Notes under the pieces: generated by a model
Database searches by the model: none
Told to the model about the DNA's origin: nothing
The model's input: the letters and a program-made list of their open reading frames with translations, nothing else
Source: Candidatus Saccharimonadales bacterium
Lineage (GTDB): Bacteria; Patescibacteriota; Saccharimonadia; Saccharimonadales; JBBQAJ01
Reading direction: 5' to 3'
Length of the DNA: 64,000 nucleotides
NCBI GenBank assembly: GCA_038316195.1
Contig: JBBQAJ010000002.1
Location: 86,773 to 150,772 of the forward strand
Shown here: positions 46,634 to 55,509 of the stretch, piece by piece
How the letters are laid out: each line of letters starts with the position of its first letter
Position numbering within the stretch: the first letter of the stretch is position 1
Made by a program: the position numbers and the translations under genes

Positions 46634-47659
46634 ATGATAATGCAAAAGGCAGATATAGATTTCAAGATTGGTACCCTAGGTAGCCATTCAGCGCTGCAAA
46701 TTCTCAAGGGTGCCAGAGATGAAGGATTTTCAAATGTAGTATATTGTCTTGATTCAGCTTCAGTCCCATATCGTTCTTATAAAGTTGCAGACAACATTGT
46801 CGAACTAAGCAAGTATTCTGATATTTTAGGATATGAACAACAAATGATTGATGAAAATGTAATATTGATACCTCATGGTTCATATTTTGATGCATATGGG
46901 TTAGAAGCATTGAATAAATCAAATGTTATGTATTTTGGGAATAAAAAGATTTTGGCACTAGAAGAAGACAGAGGATTGCAAAGAGATTGGCTGTCACAAG
47001 CTGGGCTAACTTTACCCAAAATATACGAAAGCCACAAAGACATTGATGGTCCAGCAATAATTAAGTTTTTTGGAGCAAAAGGTGGTAAGGGATACTTTTT
47101 AGTTAAAACCCCTGACGAGTTTGAGCGTAAAATAAAAGATCACCCCAACAGGCGTTTTATAATTCAACAATATGTTGTCGGTGCGCCTTTGTATATTCAC
47201 TATTTCTACTCTCCCCTTACAAAAGAACTAGAAATTATGAGCTTAGATAGGCGTTATGAAACAAACGTGGATTCGATTGGTCGTATTGGTGCAAAAGATC
47301 AATTAGATATGGATATAGAATCTTCATATAATATTATGGGTAATTTAACAGTTGTCGTTCGCGAATCATTATTGCCCAAAATGTTTGCTATGGGTGAAGC
47401 AGTCGTGAAAACTTCGCAGGATTTAGTTGATAGGGGCTTGTTTGGGCCATTTTGTCTGGAAACTATTGTCACACCCGACTTGGAGTTTTATGTTTTTGAA
47501 ATCTCAGCTCGTATTGTAGCTGGAACTAACCCATATATAAAAGGGTCACCATATACTGACTTACGTTATGATGAACCCATGAGCACTGGCCGAAGAGTTG
47601 CAAGAGAAATCAAGAATGCTGTCGAGGAAAATAGATTAAAAGAGGTACTAAGTGATTGA
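46634..47659 (+). CDS. purP: archaeal-type 5-formaminoimidazole-4-carboxamide ribonucleotide (FAICAR) synthetase, PurP family, copy 1
   Basis: IGTLGSHSALQILKGARDEGF, IPHGSYFDAYG, FGNKKILALEEDRGLQRDWL, IIKFFGAKGGKGYFLV, YIHYFYSPL...EIMSLDRRYETNVD. These match my recollection of the DUF1246 plus DUF1297 ATP-grasp PurP family. Confidence 0.8.
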   Translation: MIMQKADIDFKIGTLGSHSALQILKGARDEGFSNVVYCLDSASVPYRSYKVADNIVELSKYSDILGYEQQMIDENVILIPHGSYFDAYGLEALNKSNVMYFGNKKILALEEDRGLQRDWLSQAGLTLPKIYESHKDIDGPAIIKFFGAKGGKGYFLVKTPDEFERKIKDHPNRRFIIQQYVVGAPLYIHYFYSPLTKELEIMSLDRRYETNVDSIGRIGAKDQLDMDIESSYNIMGNLTVVVRESLLPKMFAMGEAVVKTSQDLVDRGLFGPFCLETIVTPDLEFYVFEISARIVAGTNPYIKGSPYTDLRYDEPMSTGRRVAREIKNAVEENRLKEVLSD

Positions 47660-48770
47660 TGTTAGTAAAATTTTAGAGAATTATGACAAGAAAAACATCA
47701 GAATTGGCTCGTTGGGTGGCCATAGCGCATTAGATATTTGTAGGGGTGCTAAAAATGAAGGATTTGAAACAGTCGTTGTGGCGCAAAAAGGTAGACAGGA
47801 TACGTATTCAAAGCATTATAAAACTAGAGGCGACAAAGGTTGCGTGGATCACGTTATAGTCGTAGACAAATTCTCTGATGTTACTAAACCTGAAGTTCAA
47901 GAACAGTTGCGTAAATTAAACGTAATTTTCATACATAGTAGATATTTTTGGGTTTATTGTGATTATAAAGAAGTAGAAAATAGCTTTAATGTGCCAATAT
48001 TTGGTAATCGTCAGCTCGTAAGAAAAGAGGAGCGAAATGAAGAAAAAAATCAATACTTCCTCTTGCAACAGGCTGGATTAAATATTCCTAAACAATTTTC
48101 AAGTCCAAGCGAAATAGATCGATTAGTATTCATTAAAGCTGCAGAAGCGTCGCGTGGATATGAACGTGCTTTTTTCCTAGCAAGTAGTGAACAAGAATAC
48201 CTAAGGGAATCTAAAAAGTTAGTAGACCAAGGAGTAATAACTCCAGAATCTTTGAAAGAAGCCGTTATAGAAGAATTTGTTGTTGGACCACAACTTAACC
48301 TTAACTATTTCTATTCGCCACTGGATGATGAAGTAGAGCTTATGGGAACAGATACTCGTCGTCAAACAAACATTGATGGCTTATTAAGGCTGACTGCCCC
48401 AGAGCAAATCGAAGCCCTTAAACATGTACGACCAAAATATATTGAAAACGGTCACCAGGCTGTAACAATTAAAGAATCACTTGTCGAAAAAGCTTTCAAA
48501 GCAGGTGAAGCTTTTGTAAATTCAGTTGCCAAACACTACCCTCCTGGTATGATTGGACCATTTGCTTTACAGGGTGCAATTACTGCTGGTCCACCAACTG
48601 AAGAATTGCTGGTTTTTGATGTTAGCATGCGCATTCCTGGAAGTCCTGGTACGCAATTTACGCCGTATTCTGGTTATCTACATGGAGAAAACATGAGTTA
48701 TGGACGACGAATTTCTCAGGAAATTAAACGAGGAATTTTAGAAAATCGTATTGAAGAATTGCTTACTTAG
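47652..48770 (+). CDS. PurP-family ATP-grasp protein, divergent copy 2
   Basis: IGSLGGHSALDICRGAKNEGFETVVV, FGNRQLVRKEERNEEKNQYFL, LNYFYSPLDDEVELMGTDTRRQTNID. The Gly-rich loop is replaced by VFIKAAEASRGYERAFFLA. GTG start with an AGAGG SD; overlaps copy 1 by 8 nt. Confidence 0.72.
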   Translation: MIDVSKILENYDKKNIRIGSLGGHSALDICRGAKNEGFETVVVAQKGRQDTYSKHYKTRGDKGCVDHVIVVDKFSDVTKPEVQEQLRKLNVIFIHSRYFWVYCDYKEVENSFNVPIFGNRQLVRKEERNEEKNQYFLLQQAGLNIPKQFSSPSEIDRLVFIKAAEASRGYERAFFLASSEQEYLRESKKLVDQGVITPESLKEAVIEEFVVGPQLNLNYFYSPLDDEVELMGTDTRRQTNIDGLLRLTAPEQIEALKHVRPKYIENGHQAVTIKESLVEKAFKAGEAFVNSVAKHYPPGMIGPFALQGAITAGPPTEELLVFDVSMRIPGSPGTQFTPYSGYLHGENMSYGRRISQEIKRGILENRIEELLT

Positions 48771-50086
48771 CGAATAATTGTTTCGTTGCCGGCCGGCCCT
48801 GTACCAATGATAGTTATCGGTACGCCCACAAATTTTTCAATAAATTCTATTATGTTTTTAATTTCTTGATTAAGTTTATTAAATTCAGTTATCCCGTTTA
48901 TGTTAGCGCCAGTTGGCATTTTCTTATAGATTGGCTGACATCTACTTAGTTGATTGGCAGAGTCCGGAAGTGTGTTTATCTCTACCCCGTCTAATTCATA
49001 TGCAACTGCAATGCAAGTCAGGGACTCTCTGTTTAATACATCTGCTTTAGTTAGTGCGATCTCATCAATGCCATTAACAGCTACAGCTTCCTTTAACAGT
49101 ACTAAGTCCATATATCCAATGTCCCGAGGCCTTTTTGTAGTTTTCCCAAATTCACCATCAACATTTTGCATTTTACCTCGATACAAAGAAGCAATTTTTT
49201 CATCTGTAATTTTTGTAACAAATGGTCCACCACCAACTTTTGAAGGTATAGCTTTTACGACGCCTATAACTTTTCCTATTTGCCGGTGATTTAGACCGAC
49301 ACCAGTTGCAACACCAGACGCAGTAGTTTCAGACGATGTTACGAAAGGATATTTACCATGGTTTATATCTAGTCCAAAAGCTTGTGCACCTTCTAACAGA
49401 ATGTTTTTATTAGATGCTAATTTTTTGCGCACAAGTATCTTTGTGTTAGTTAAGTAAGGTTCAATCTCTTTGGCGGCTTTGGCAAAATCTTTAGCTTGAT
49501 CTTTAAATAATGCCTCAGTTTTAGAATCAATTATTACACCACATTGTATAGCAGCTTGGCGTAACCCATCATAAGCAATGGATGTTAGCTCTTTTACTGA
49601 TTTGGCGAAGTCGTGTGCCCTAATGCCAGTTCGTAGCACTTTATCCGATGCTACAAATGAAATTCCGGATTTAGTACTACCTTGGCCGTCTTTACTATTT
49701 TCTCTGTGAGCGTCTAGAAACTTGTGTTTGGGGAATACAACATGTGCCGTAGTACTGATAGCAAGATTTTTAGGAGATATTTCTAGACCAATATTTCTAA
49801 CTGTCGCAATTTCTTGCAACAAACTCACTGGATCCAAATACATACCATGCCCCATGATATTTAGCGTAGATTTGTTAGTTATTCCTGAGGGCAATTGATG
49901 TGTATTTACTTCCTGACCTTTAAAAGTAAACGTATGTCCAGCATTCGCACCACCTTGCCCACGACAAACAACATCAAATTGAGAGGAAAGTACATCAATT
50001 ACTTTTCCCTTGCCTTCATCGCCATATCCTGTGCCAACTATTATTGTGGTTTGTGAGTCTTTTTGTTTGTCTGTAGATTGTGGCAC
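48767..50086 (-). CDS. purA: adenylosuccinate synthetase
   Basis: GTGYGDEGKGK, GGANAGHT and TTKRPRD; 439 aa. Confidence 0.95.
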   Translation of the reverse strand: MPQSTDKQKDSQTTIIVGTGYGDEGKGKVIDVLSSQFDVVCRGQGGANAGHTFTFKGQEVNTHQLPSGITNKSTLNIMGHGMYLDPVSLLQEIATVRNIGLEISPKNLAISTTAHVVFPKHKFLDAHRENSKDGQGSTKSGISFVASDKVLRTGIRAHDFAKSVKELTSIAYDGLRQAAIQCGVIIDSKTEALFKDQAKDFAKAAKEIEPYLTNTKILVRKKLASNKNILLEGAQAFGLDINHGKYPFVTSSETTASGVATGVGLNHRQIGKVIGVVKAIPSKVGGGPFVTKITDEKIASLYRGKMQNVDGEFGKTTKRPRDIGYMDLVLLKEAVAVNGIDEIALTKADVLNRESLTCIAVAYELDGVEINTLPDSANQLSRCQPIYKKMPTGANINGITEFNKLNQEIKNIIEFIEKFVGVPITIIGTGPAGNETIIR

Positions 50087-50089
50087 CGT

Positions 50090-51382
50090 TTAATACCTGT
50101 AGTGGTCTGCTTTGAAAGGGCCATTTTTGGGAACACCCAAATATTCAGCTTGTGTGTCTGTAAGAGTTGTAAGTTTTGCATTGAGCGCCTTAACGTGGAC
50201 TGCTGCGACTTTTTCGTCGAGTTCTTTTGGTAAGCGATGTACGCCAATTTCATAATTTTTAGTGTATATTTCAATTTGAGCTAAAACTTGATTAGAGAAA
50301 GAGTTAGACATGACAAACGAAGGGTGTCCAGTTGCATTGCCCAGGTTAACTAATCGGCCTTCTGAAAGCACAATTAATCTACGACCGTTTGGCATTGTGT
50401 ACAAATCTACTTGAGGTTTTATTTCTTCTTTTTTTATGTCTTTAAACTCATTCAACTCTTTAATTTGAATTTCATGGTCAAAATGGCCAATATTACAGAC
50501 AATCGCGGTATCTTTCATCTGTTTCATGTGGTCTATTGTAATGATGTCTTTGCAACCAGTCGCAGTCACAAATATTTCAGCTTGTGGTGCAGCTTCATCC
50601 ATTGTTACAACTTCGTAACCTTCCATGAGCGCTTGTAATGCACAAATTGGATCTATTTCGGTTATGAGTACTCTACAACCGAATGCACGAAGCGATTGAG
50701 CACTTCCTTTACCTACGTCACCATAACCAGCTACAACAGCAACTTTGCCGGCAAGCATAACATCTGTTGCTCTTTTGATACCATCAACTAAGGATTCTCT
50801 ACAACCATACAAATTGTCGAATTTTGATTTAGTAACACTGTCATTCACATTTATGGCTGGTAGCTTGAGTTTACCGGCTTTAAACCATTCGTTAAGCTGT
50901 TTTACTCCCGTGGTAGTTTCTTCAGTTATGCCTTTGATTTCTGGCAATAGCTCTGGGTGTTTATCATGCACCAAGGCTGATAAATCACCACCATCATCCA
51001 AAATCATATTTGGACCAAGGTCTCCAAATTTTAAAGTTTGTTCAACGCACCACCAATATTCATCCTCTGTTTCGCCTTTCCAAGCAAATACTGGTGTTCC
51101 TGCTGCCGCGATGCCGGCTGCTGCGTGATCTTGTGTAGAAAATATATTACAAGATGACCAGCGCACTTCTGCACCTAGCTCCTGCAAGGTTTCTATTAGT
51201 ACAGCAGTTTGAATAGTCATATGTATAGAGCCTGCAATTCGGGCACCTTTAAGTGGTTTTGTTTCCCCAAATTCATTTCTTAGAGACATGAGGCCAGGCA
51301 TTTCGTTTTCTGCTAGTGTTATTTCTGTCCTACCCCAGTTAGCTAAATTTATGTCTTTTACTTTATAATCTTTTTCTGGCAT
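50090..51382 (-). CDS. ahcY: S-adenosyl-L-homocysteine hydrolase
   Basis: [22 protein letters not shown] and GYGDVGKG; 430 aa. Confidence 0.95.
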   Translation of the reverse strand: MPEKDYKVKDINLANWGRTEITLAENEMPGLMSLRNEFGETKPLKGARIAGSIHMTIQTAVLIETLQELGAEVRWSSCNIFSTQDHAAAGIAAAGTPVFAWKGETEDEYWWCVEQTLKFGDLGPNMILDDGGDLSALVHDKHPELLPEIKGITEETTTGVKQLNEWFKAGKLKLPAINVNDSVTKSKFDNLYGCRESLVDGIKRATDVMLAGKVAVVAGYGDVGKGSAQSLRAFGCRVLITEIDPICALQALMEGYEVVTMDEAAPQAEIFVTATGCKDIITIDHMKQMKDTAIVCNIGHFDHEIQIKELNEFKDIKKEEIKPQVDLYTMPNGRRLIVLSEGRLVNLGNATGHPSFVMSNSFSNQVLAQIEIYTKNYEIGVHRLPKELDEKVAAVHVKALNAKLTTLTDTQAEYLGVPKNGPFKADHYRY

Positions 51383-52332
51383 TAAAGTTCAATCTCCCTA
51401 TTAAATGTTTTTTTATAACGATCCAATATTGCTGCTTTAGAATATACAACTTGTGTCCCGTGCTGCTCTAGAACAAATGATGCCAATACTGCTCCAAGTT
51501 GACCACACTTTAGCAGCTCCCATTGTCGCAAGTATCCGTATAAAAAGCCAGCTCGATATGCATCCCCTGCACCACTGGGATCGACTGCTTTGTTTGGTTT
51601 CGCGACGCCAATTTTTATAGGTATTTTTATTGATGACCCTTCAATAACTGAACCATACTTACCGAGTGTCGTTACCACAATTTTTGTTTTTGTTTTAATG
51701 CCGTTATCTGACAAATTTGTTCGATTGCAGAACACTCCATATTCATAATCGTTGAGCATTAAAATTTCAGCAGCTTGAAAACCTGCTATTAAGTCTTCTT
51801 TAGAAACATTGCTAACTTGTTGACCAGGATCATACAGCATTCTCATATTGTTTTTATTGGCTTCTTTTACTTGTGATGCCATGGTTTTTGGATCATGAGC
51901 AGATATACTGATGAAAACATCTTTCCCCGACCAAAGTTTTAAGGATAGTGATTTAGAATCCGACATTGCACCAGAGTAAAAACCACCAACTTGATTATGG
52001 TCAACATCGGTAATAACGTTAAAAGTTGCAGTTGGTAATTTGCTTTGATGTATATGATCAACATTTATCCCAACATCGGATAATTTTTTGATATAGTTAC
52101 TCGCGTCAGGACCAACTGAACCATACAATATGGGTTTTTCTCCAAGCTGGGCATAATTAAATGCTATATTTGCCCCAACACCACCATATGTGTCCACGAG
52201 ATCATCAAGCAAAATACTTAGTGAAAGTACGTGAAGTTTTTTAGGGTGAATCATTTCAGCATATCGACCAGAAAAATTCATAATTCGGTCAACAGCGATG
52301 GACCCACAAATAACGAGTTTTGGATATGGCAT
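51382..52332 (-). CDS. PfkB-family nucleoside/sugar kinase (adenosine-kinase-like by context)
   Basis: GGVGANIA and [21 protein letters not shown] stop/start overlap with ahcY. Confidence 0.7.
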   Translation of the reverse strand: MPYPKLVICGSIAVDRIMNFSGRYAEMIHPKKLHVLSLSILLDDLVDTYGGVGANIAFNYAQLGEKPILYGSVGPDASNYIKKLSDVGINVDHIHQSKLPTATFNVITDVDHNQVGGFYSGAMSDSKSLSLKLWSGKDVFISISAHDPKTMASQVKEANKNNMRMLYDPGQQVSNVSKEDLIAGFQAAEILMLNDYEYGVFCNRTNLSDNGIKTKTKIVVTTLGKYGSVIEGSSIKIPIKIGVAKPNKAVDPSGAGDAYRAGFLYGYLRQWELLKCGQLGAVLASFVLEQHGTQVVYSKAAILDRYKKTFNREIEL

Positions 52333-52518
52333 CTATTGTTTATTATAACTTTTATAGGAGTTTAGGGTCAATCCTGAACTATTTTTTCGTGTTTATAAAC
52401 AAATTGGATTTATTGATTTTTAGTATAAGTTTCATGTAAGTACTATAACTGGATTAAACACTCTAAGTTTTATTTATTTCTACATTGGAGTTTTTAATGC
52501 TCAACTAACATTATGCCA

Positions 52519-54798
52519 TCAGCTGTGAGAAGCATTTTTTTTGATCCAACCATGAATTCCTGCAGACTTCTTGTCGTTGGAAATTAGCTTAGAGTGTTTC
52601 TCGGGGTTAAAAATTGGTAGCGTGAAATAAAAGGTCGATCCTTTGTCCGTATTGGGTTCCAGCCCAATTTCCCCATTGTGTAATTCAATAATTGTTTTCG
52701 AGATAAATAATCCTAGTCCTGTGCCACGATTACCAGCCACAAGACTTCTTTCCACTCTATAGAATTTAGTAAATAGCCTTGATCTTAATGCTAATGGTAT
52801 GCCTGGACCTTTATCTACAATTTCAACACGAACTGTATCTTTATTAGTTCGCACATTAACATTTACAGTACCCCCATTATCGGTGAACTTTAGTGCGTTT
52901 CCAATAAGATTATTCAAGACTTCACTTAGTGAGGATGCGTCACCAGGTACATAAACATATTTGGAATCGCTGGGAGTAAATACTATATCTTGTTCTCGCA
53001 ACGATGCAGTTGTATTTTGTTGTGAGACAACGTCCTTTGTCAGCCTCTGCAAATCAATCTTATTTATTATTATTTCCATTTCACCTCTTTCTATTCGCGA
53101 AATGTTTAACAAATTATTAATCAAAATAGTTAACTGGTCAGTACCTACAATTGCTTTTTGTAAATTTTCTACGTTGTAAATTGACAATTGACGTATCCCA
53201 TCTGAATTAATTAGGTTTAAGTACCCTCTTACTACTGTCAAAGGAGTCCTAAGTTCATGAGCGGCAATTGCTACAAAATCTAGCTTCATGACATCAAGTT
53301 CACGTCCAGGAGTCATATCGTGAATTGTAATGATTGCAGCAACTTCACTATCTTGTTTGTCCAATACTGAAACTACTAAATCGAGATATGAAATATCATT
53401 GCCATGTGGAAGAACTAAGTCGGAGTAATGGGTGATTCCTTGGTTATCAAGATTTGGTACAAACTGTATGCCTTCATGGACCCACAGATAATAGTCGGTC
53501 ATAACTTTGCCAATCAAACTATCGGTTTGTCTATCTATTAATTTGGCTGCTGGTGGATTTATTGAGATTATGACCCCATTTTTATTTAGGGCTATCACAC
53601 CATCGCTCACACTTGATATTATCGCGCTTAGTTTAAGTCTCTCTAAATTTGTATTAAAATACTGAGTCTTTAAATCCCCGACGAGCTTATTTACATTTTT
53701 GCCCATTATATTGAACGAACGAGCAAGATCTCCTAGTTCGTCCTTGCTTTCGGCAGGCATTGAATAAGAAAAATCCCCCCCTCCAATCCTTTTTGCTCCA
53801 GTTGCAAGCAATCTAATAGGGGTCAATAGTTGCCTCCTGAATATCAGGCTGAAAACAAGAGCGAGTCCAATCGCTGCAATTGCGATCTCGCCAATTGAAA
53901 CATAATACGAACTAACAATAGACGTAACTTGGCTAATTGGCTCTTCAACAACAACTGCCCATTTAGTTTTACTGACTACACTGTATGCGCTGAGTACATG
54001 TTCTCCAGTTTCTGATATGGATTCATGAATGTCTGTATTGCCAGCAAGAAACTCTCTAATTTGGTGAACGTTATTAATATTTTGATGTGATTTTAGAAAA
54101 TTTATATCTGGATGAGCTAATAGATTTCCCCTATCATCGACAATGTATGCATGTCCATGTGTGTTTGGATTGTATGACAATACTTCTTTTAGTACGCTAC
54201 TTAAATCATACTTTGCAATTACAACTCCAGTGATGTCAGAGGCTTCTCTATACGTTCCAAATGTTCCTGTGGTTAAATTATCGAGATTTTGTTGACCTAA
54301 AATTCTGATCACCGGAATAGCTATTGTTAAAATAGGAATATCTTTGTCGGAATATTCTATTGAACTTATGTATTCCTTGCCTGATAAAAATGTAGCAGAT
54401 TTAAATGGGTTAGTGTTAGAAATATCATCATGTATTTTTATTAGTCCATTTCTATCGAGAGCAGATTTTTCTTTACCAGTTGCATCTACCAATGAAATTT
54501 TAAGTAAATTTTGATCATCCTTTACAAGTGCTGCAAAGCTATAATCGACACCATCTTTATCAAAATTTTTCGTTGATTTAGTCTGTGTCTGAAAAACGAT
54601 TGAGTTCAATCTAGATTCAAGGAAGCCATCAATTATTGTTCTAGATTGCTCAGCAATAACTTGTTGTCTATCATGTGCAGATTTGGTTATTTGGCCTTTG
54701 CCTATATTGATTATAAAAAATACAACCATTAACAGAGGTAATAACGCAGCTAAGAAGAAATAGAACAATAGTCGATTTCCAATTTTTGATTTAACCAT
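52519..54798 (-). CDS. sensor histidine kinase (TM, Cache-like sensor, TM, HAMP, PAS, HisKA, HATPase)
   Basis: HAMP segment (PIRLLATGAKRIGGGDFSY...ELGDLARSFNIM), H-box AAHELRTPL, G-boxes DKGPGIP and GTGLGLFISK. Confidence 0.85.
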   Translation of the reverse strand: MVKSKIGNRLLFYFFLAALLPLLMVVFFIINIGKGQITKSAHDRQQVIAEQSRTIIDGFLESRLNSIVFQTQTKSTKNFDKDGVDYSFAALVKDDQNLLKISLVDATGKEKSALDRNGLIKIHDDISNTNPFKSATFLSGKEYISSIEYSDKDIPILTIAIPVIRILGQQNLDNLTTGTFGTYREASDITGVVIAKYDLSSVLKEVLSYNPNTHGHAYIVDDRGNLLAHPDINFLKSHQNINNVHQIREFLAGNTDIHESISETGEHVLSAYSVVSKTKWAVVVEEPISQVTSIVSSYYVSIGEIAIAAIGLALVFSLIFRRQLLTPIRLLATGAKRIGGGDFSYSMPAESKDELGDLARSFNIMGKNVNKLVGDLKTQYFNTNLERLKLSAIISSVSDGVIALNKNGVIISINPPAAKLIDRQTDSLIGKVMTDYYLWVHEGIQFVPNLDNQGITHYSDLVLPHGNDISYLDLVVSVLDKQDSEVAAIITIHDMTPGRELDVMKLDFVAIAAHELRTPLTVVRGYLNLINSDGIRQLSIYNVENLQKAIVGTDQLTILINNLLNISRIERGEMEIIINKIDLQRLTKDVVSQQNTTASLREQDIVFTPSDSKYVYVPGDASSLSEVLNNLIGNALKFTDNGGTVNVNVRTNKDTVRVEIVDKGPGIPLALRSRLFTKFYRVERSLVAGNRGTGLGLFISKTIIELHNGEIGLEPNTDKGSTFYFTLPIFNPEKHSKLISNDKKSAGIHGWIKKNASHS

Positions 54799-54836
54799 TA
54801 GTGGTATGTTAGTACGAAGTTAACTGTAGAACAACC

Positions 54837-54866
54837 TTGACAGCAAAGAACAAATGCAGTTATGCT
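54837..54866 (+). promoter_or_regulatory. candidate leaderless promoter for the 54873 ATG
   Basis: TTGACA (54837-54842), 18 nt, TATGCT (54861-54866), 6 nt, ATG (54873). An overlapping TATAAT at 54867-54872 abuts the ATG. No SD. Confidence 0.3.
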
Positions 54867-55484
54867 TATAATATGCAACCAAACGTGGAGCAAAAAGACA
54901 GTTCAACAGAGGATCTCGCTGCCCCAGTTCAAACTATAAACAGTGCTCCAACCCTAATTCAGACTGCACCTTTGAACAACATCTCGCCTAATGAGCAATT
55001 AACAGTACCACCCATTAAAAGTAAAAAACCCAAAAAACTAATTCAAATTTTTACTTTTCTGTTTATATTTTTACTTTTCTGTGGAATATCATATTATGTA
55101 GGTACTAAAAAAACAATTAAGCAATCTACAGCACCAACTGCCTCGGAAAATGCTGTTGAATTGTCAGTTCCCAAAGACGCCACCGTTAGTGAGGTGTGTG
55201 TTGATGGCCGTGGCAAACAATACATCTCCCCACAAGATATCCCGACTGGCCCAATATACGATGTCTTCAAATCGAAAATTGTAGCACTTGAGTTTTTGGT
55301 TAAATATGCTGATATTCAAAATGGATCAGAAAAATACATGAATTTGAAACTTAATGGCGCAAAATATGATCATATAATGCTAATGCCAGTACAGCCTCAT
55401 GCTGGTGAAACCGAGCCACATTTTCATTTAATTGCATTCATGATTAGCTCAGAAGAATCCAAAACTATAGTCTGCAAATCTTAA
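54837..55484 (+). CDS. single-pass membrane protein of unknown function
   Basis: The track start is a TTG that coincides with a TTGACA box; the ATG at 54873 (MQPNVEQKD) is more likely. One TM (LIQIFTFLFIFLLFCGISYYV) and an about 130-aa extracytoplasmic domain. Confidence 0.5.
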   Translation: MTAKNKCSYAYNMQPNVEQKDSSTEDLAAPVQTINSAPTLIQTAPLNNISPNEQLTVPPIKSKKPKKLIQIFTFLFIFLLFCGISYYVGTKKTIKQSTAPTASENAVELSVPKDATVSEVCVDGRGKQYISPQDIPTGPIYDVFKSKIVALEFLVKYADIQNGSEKYMNLKLNGAKYDHIMLMPVQPHAGETEPHFHLIAFMISSEESKTIVCKS

Positions 55485-55509
55485 AATTACTTCGGGTTTA
55501 AAAATCTAA

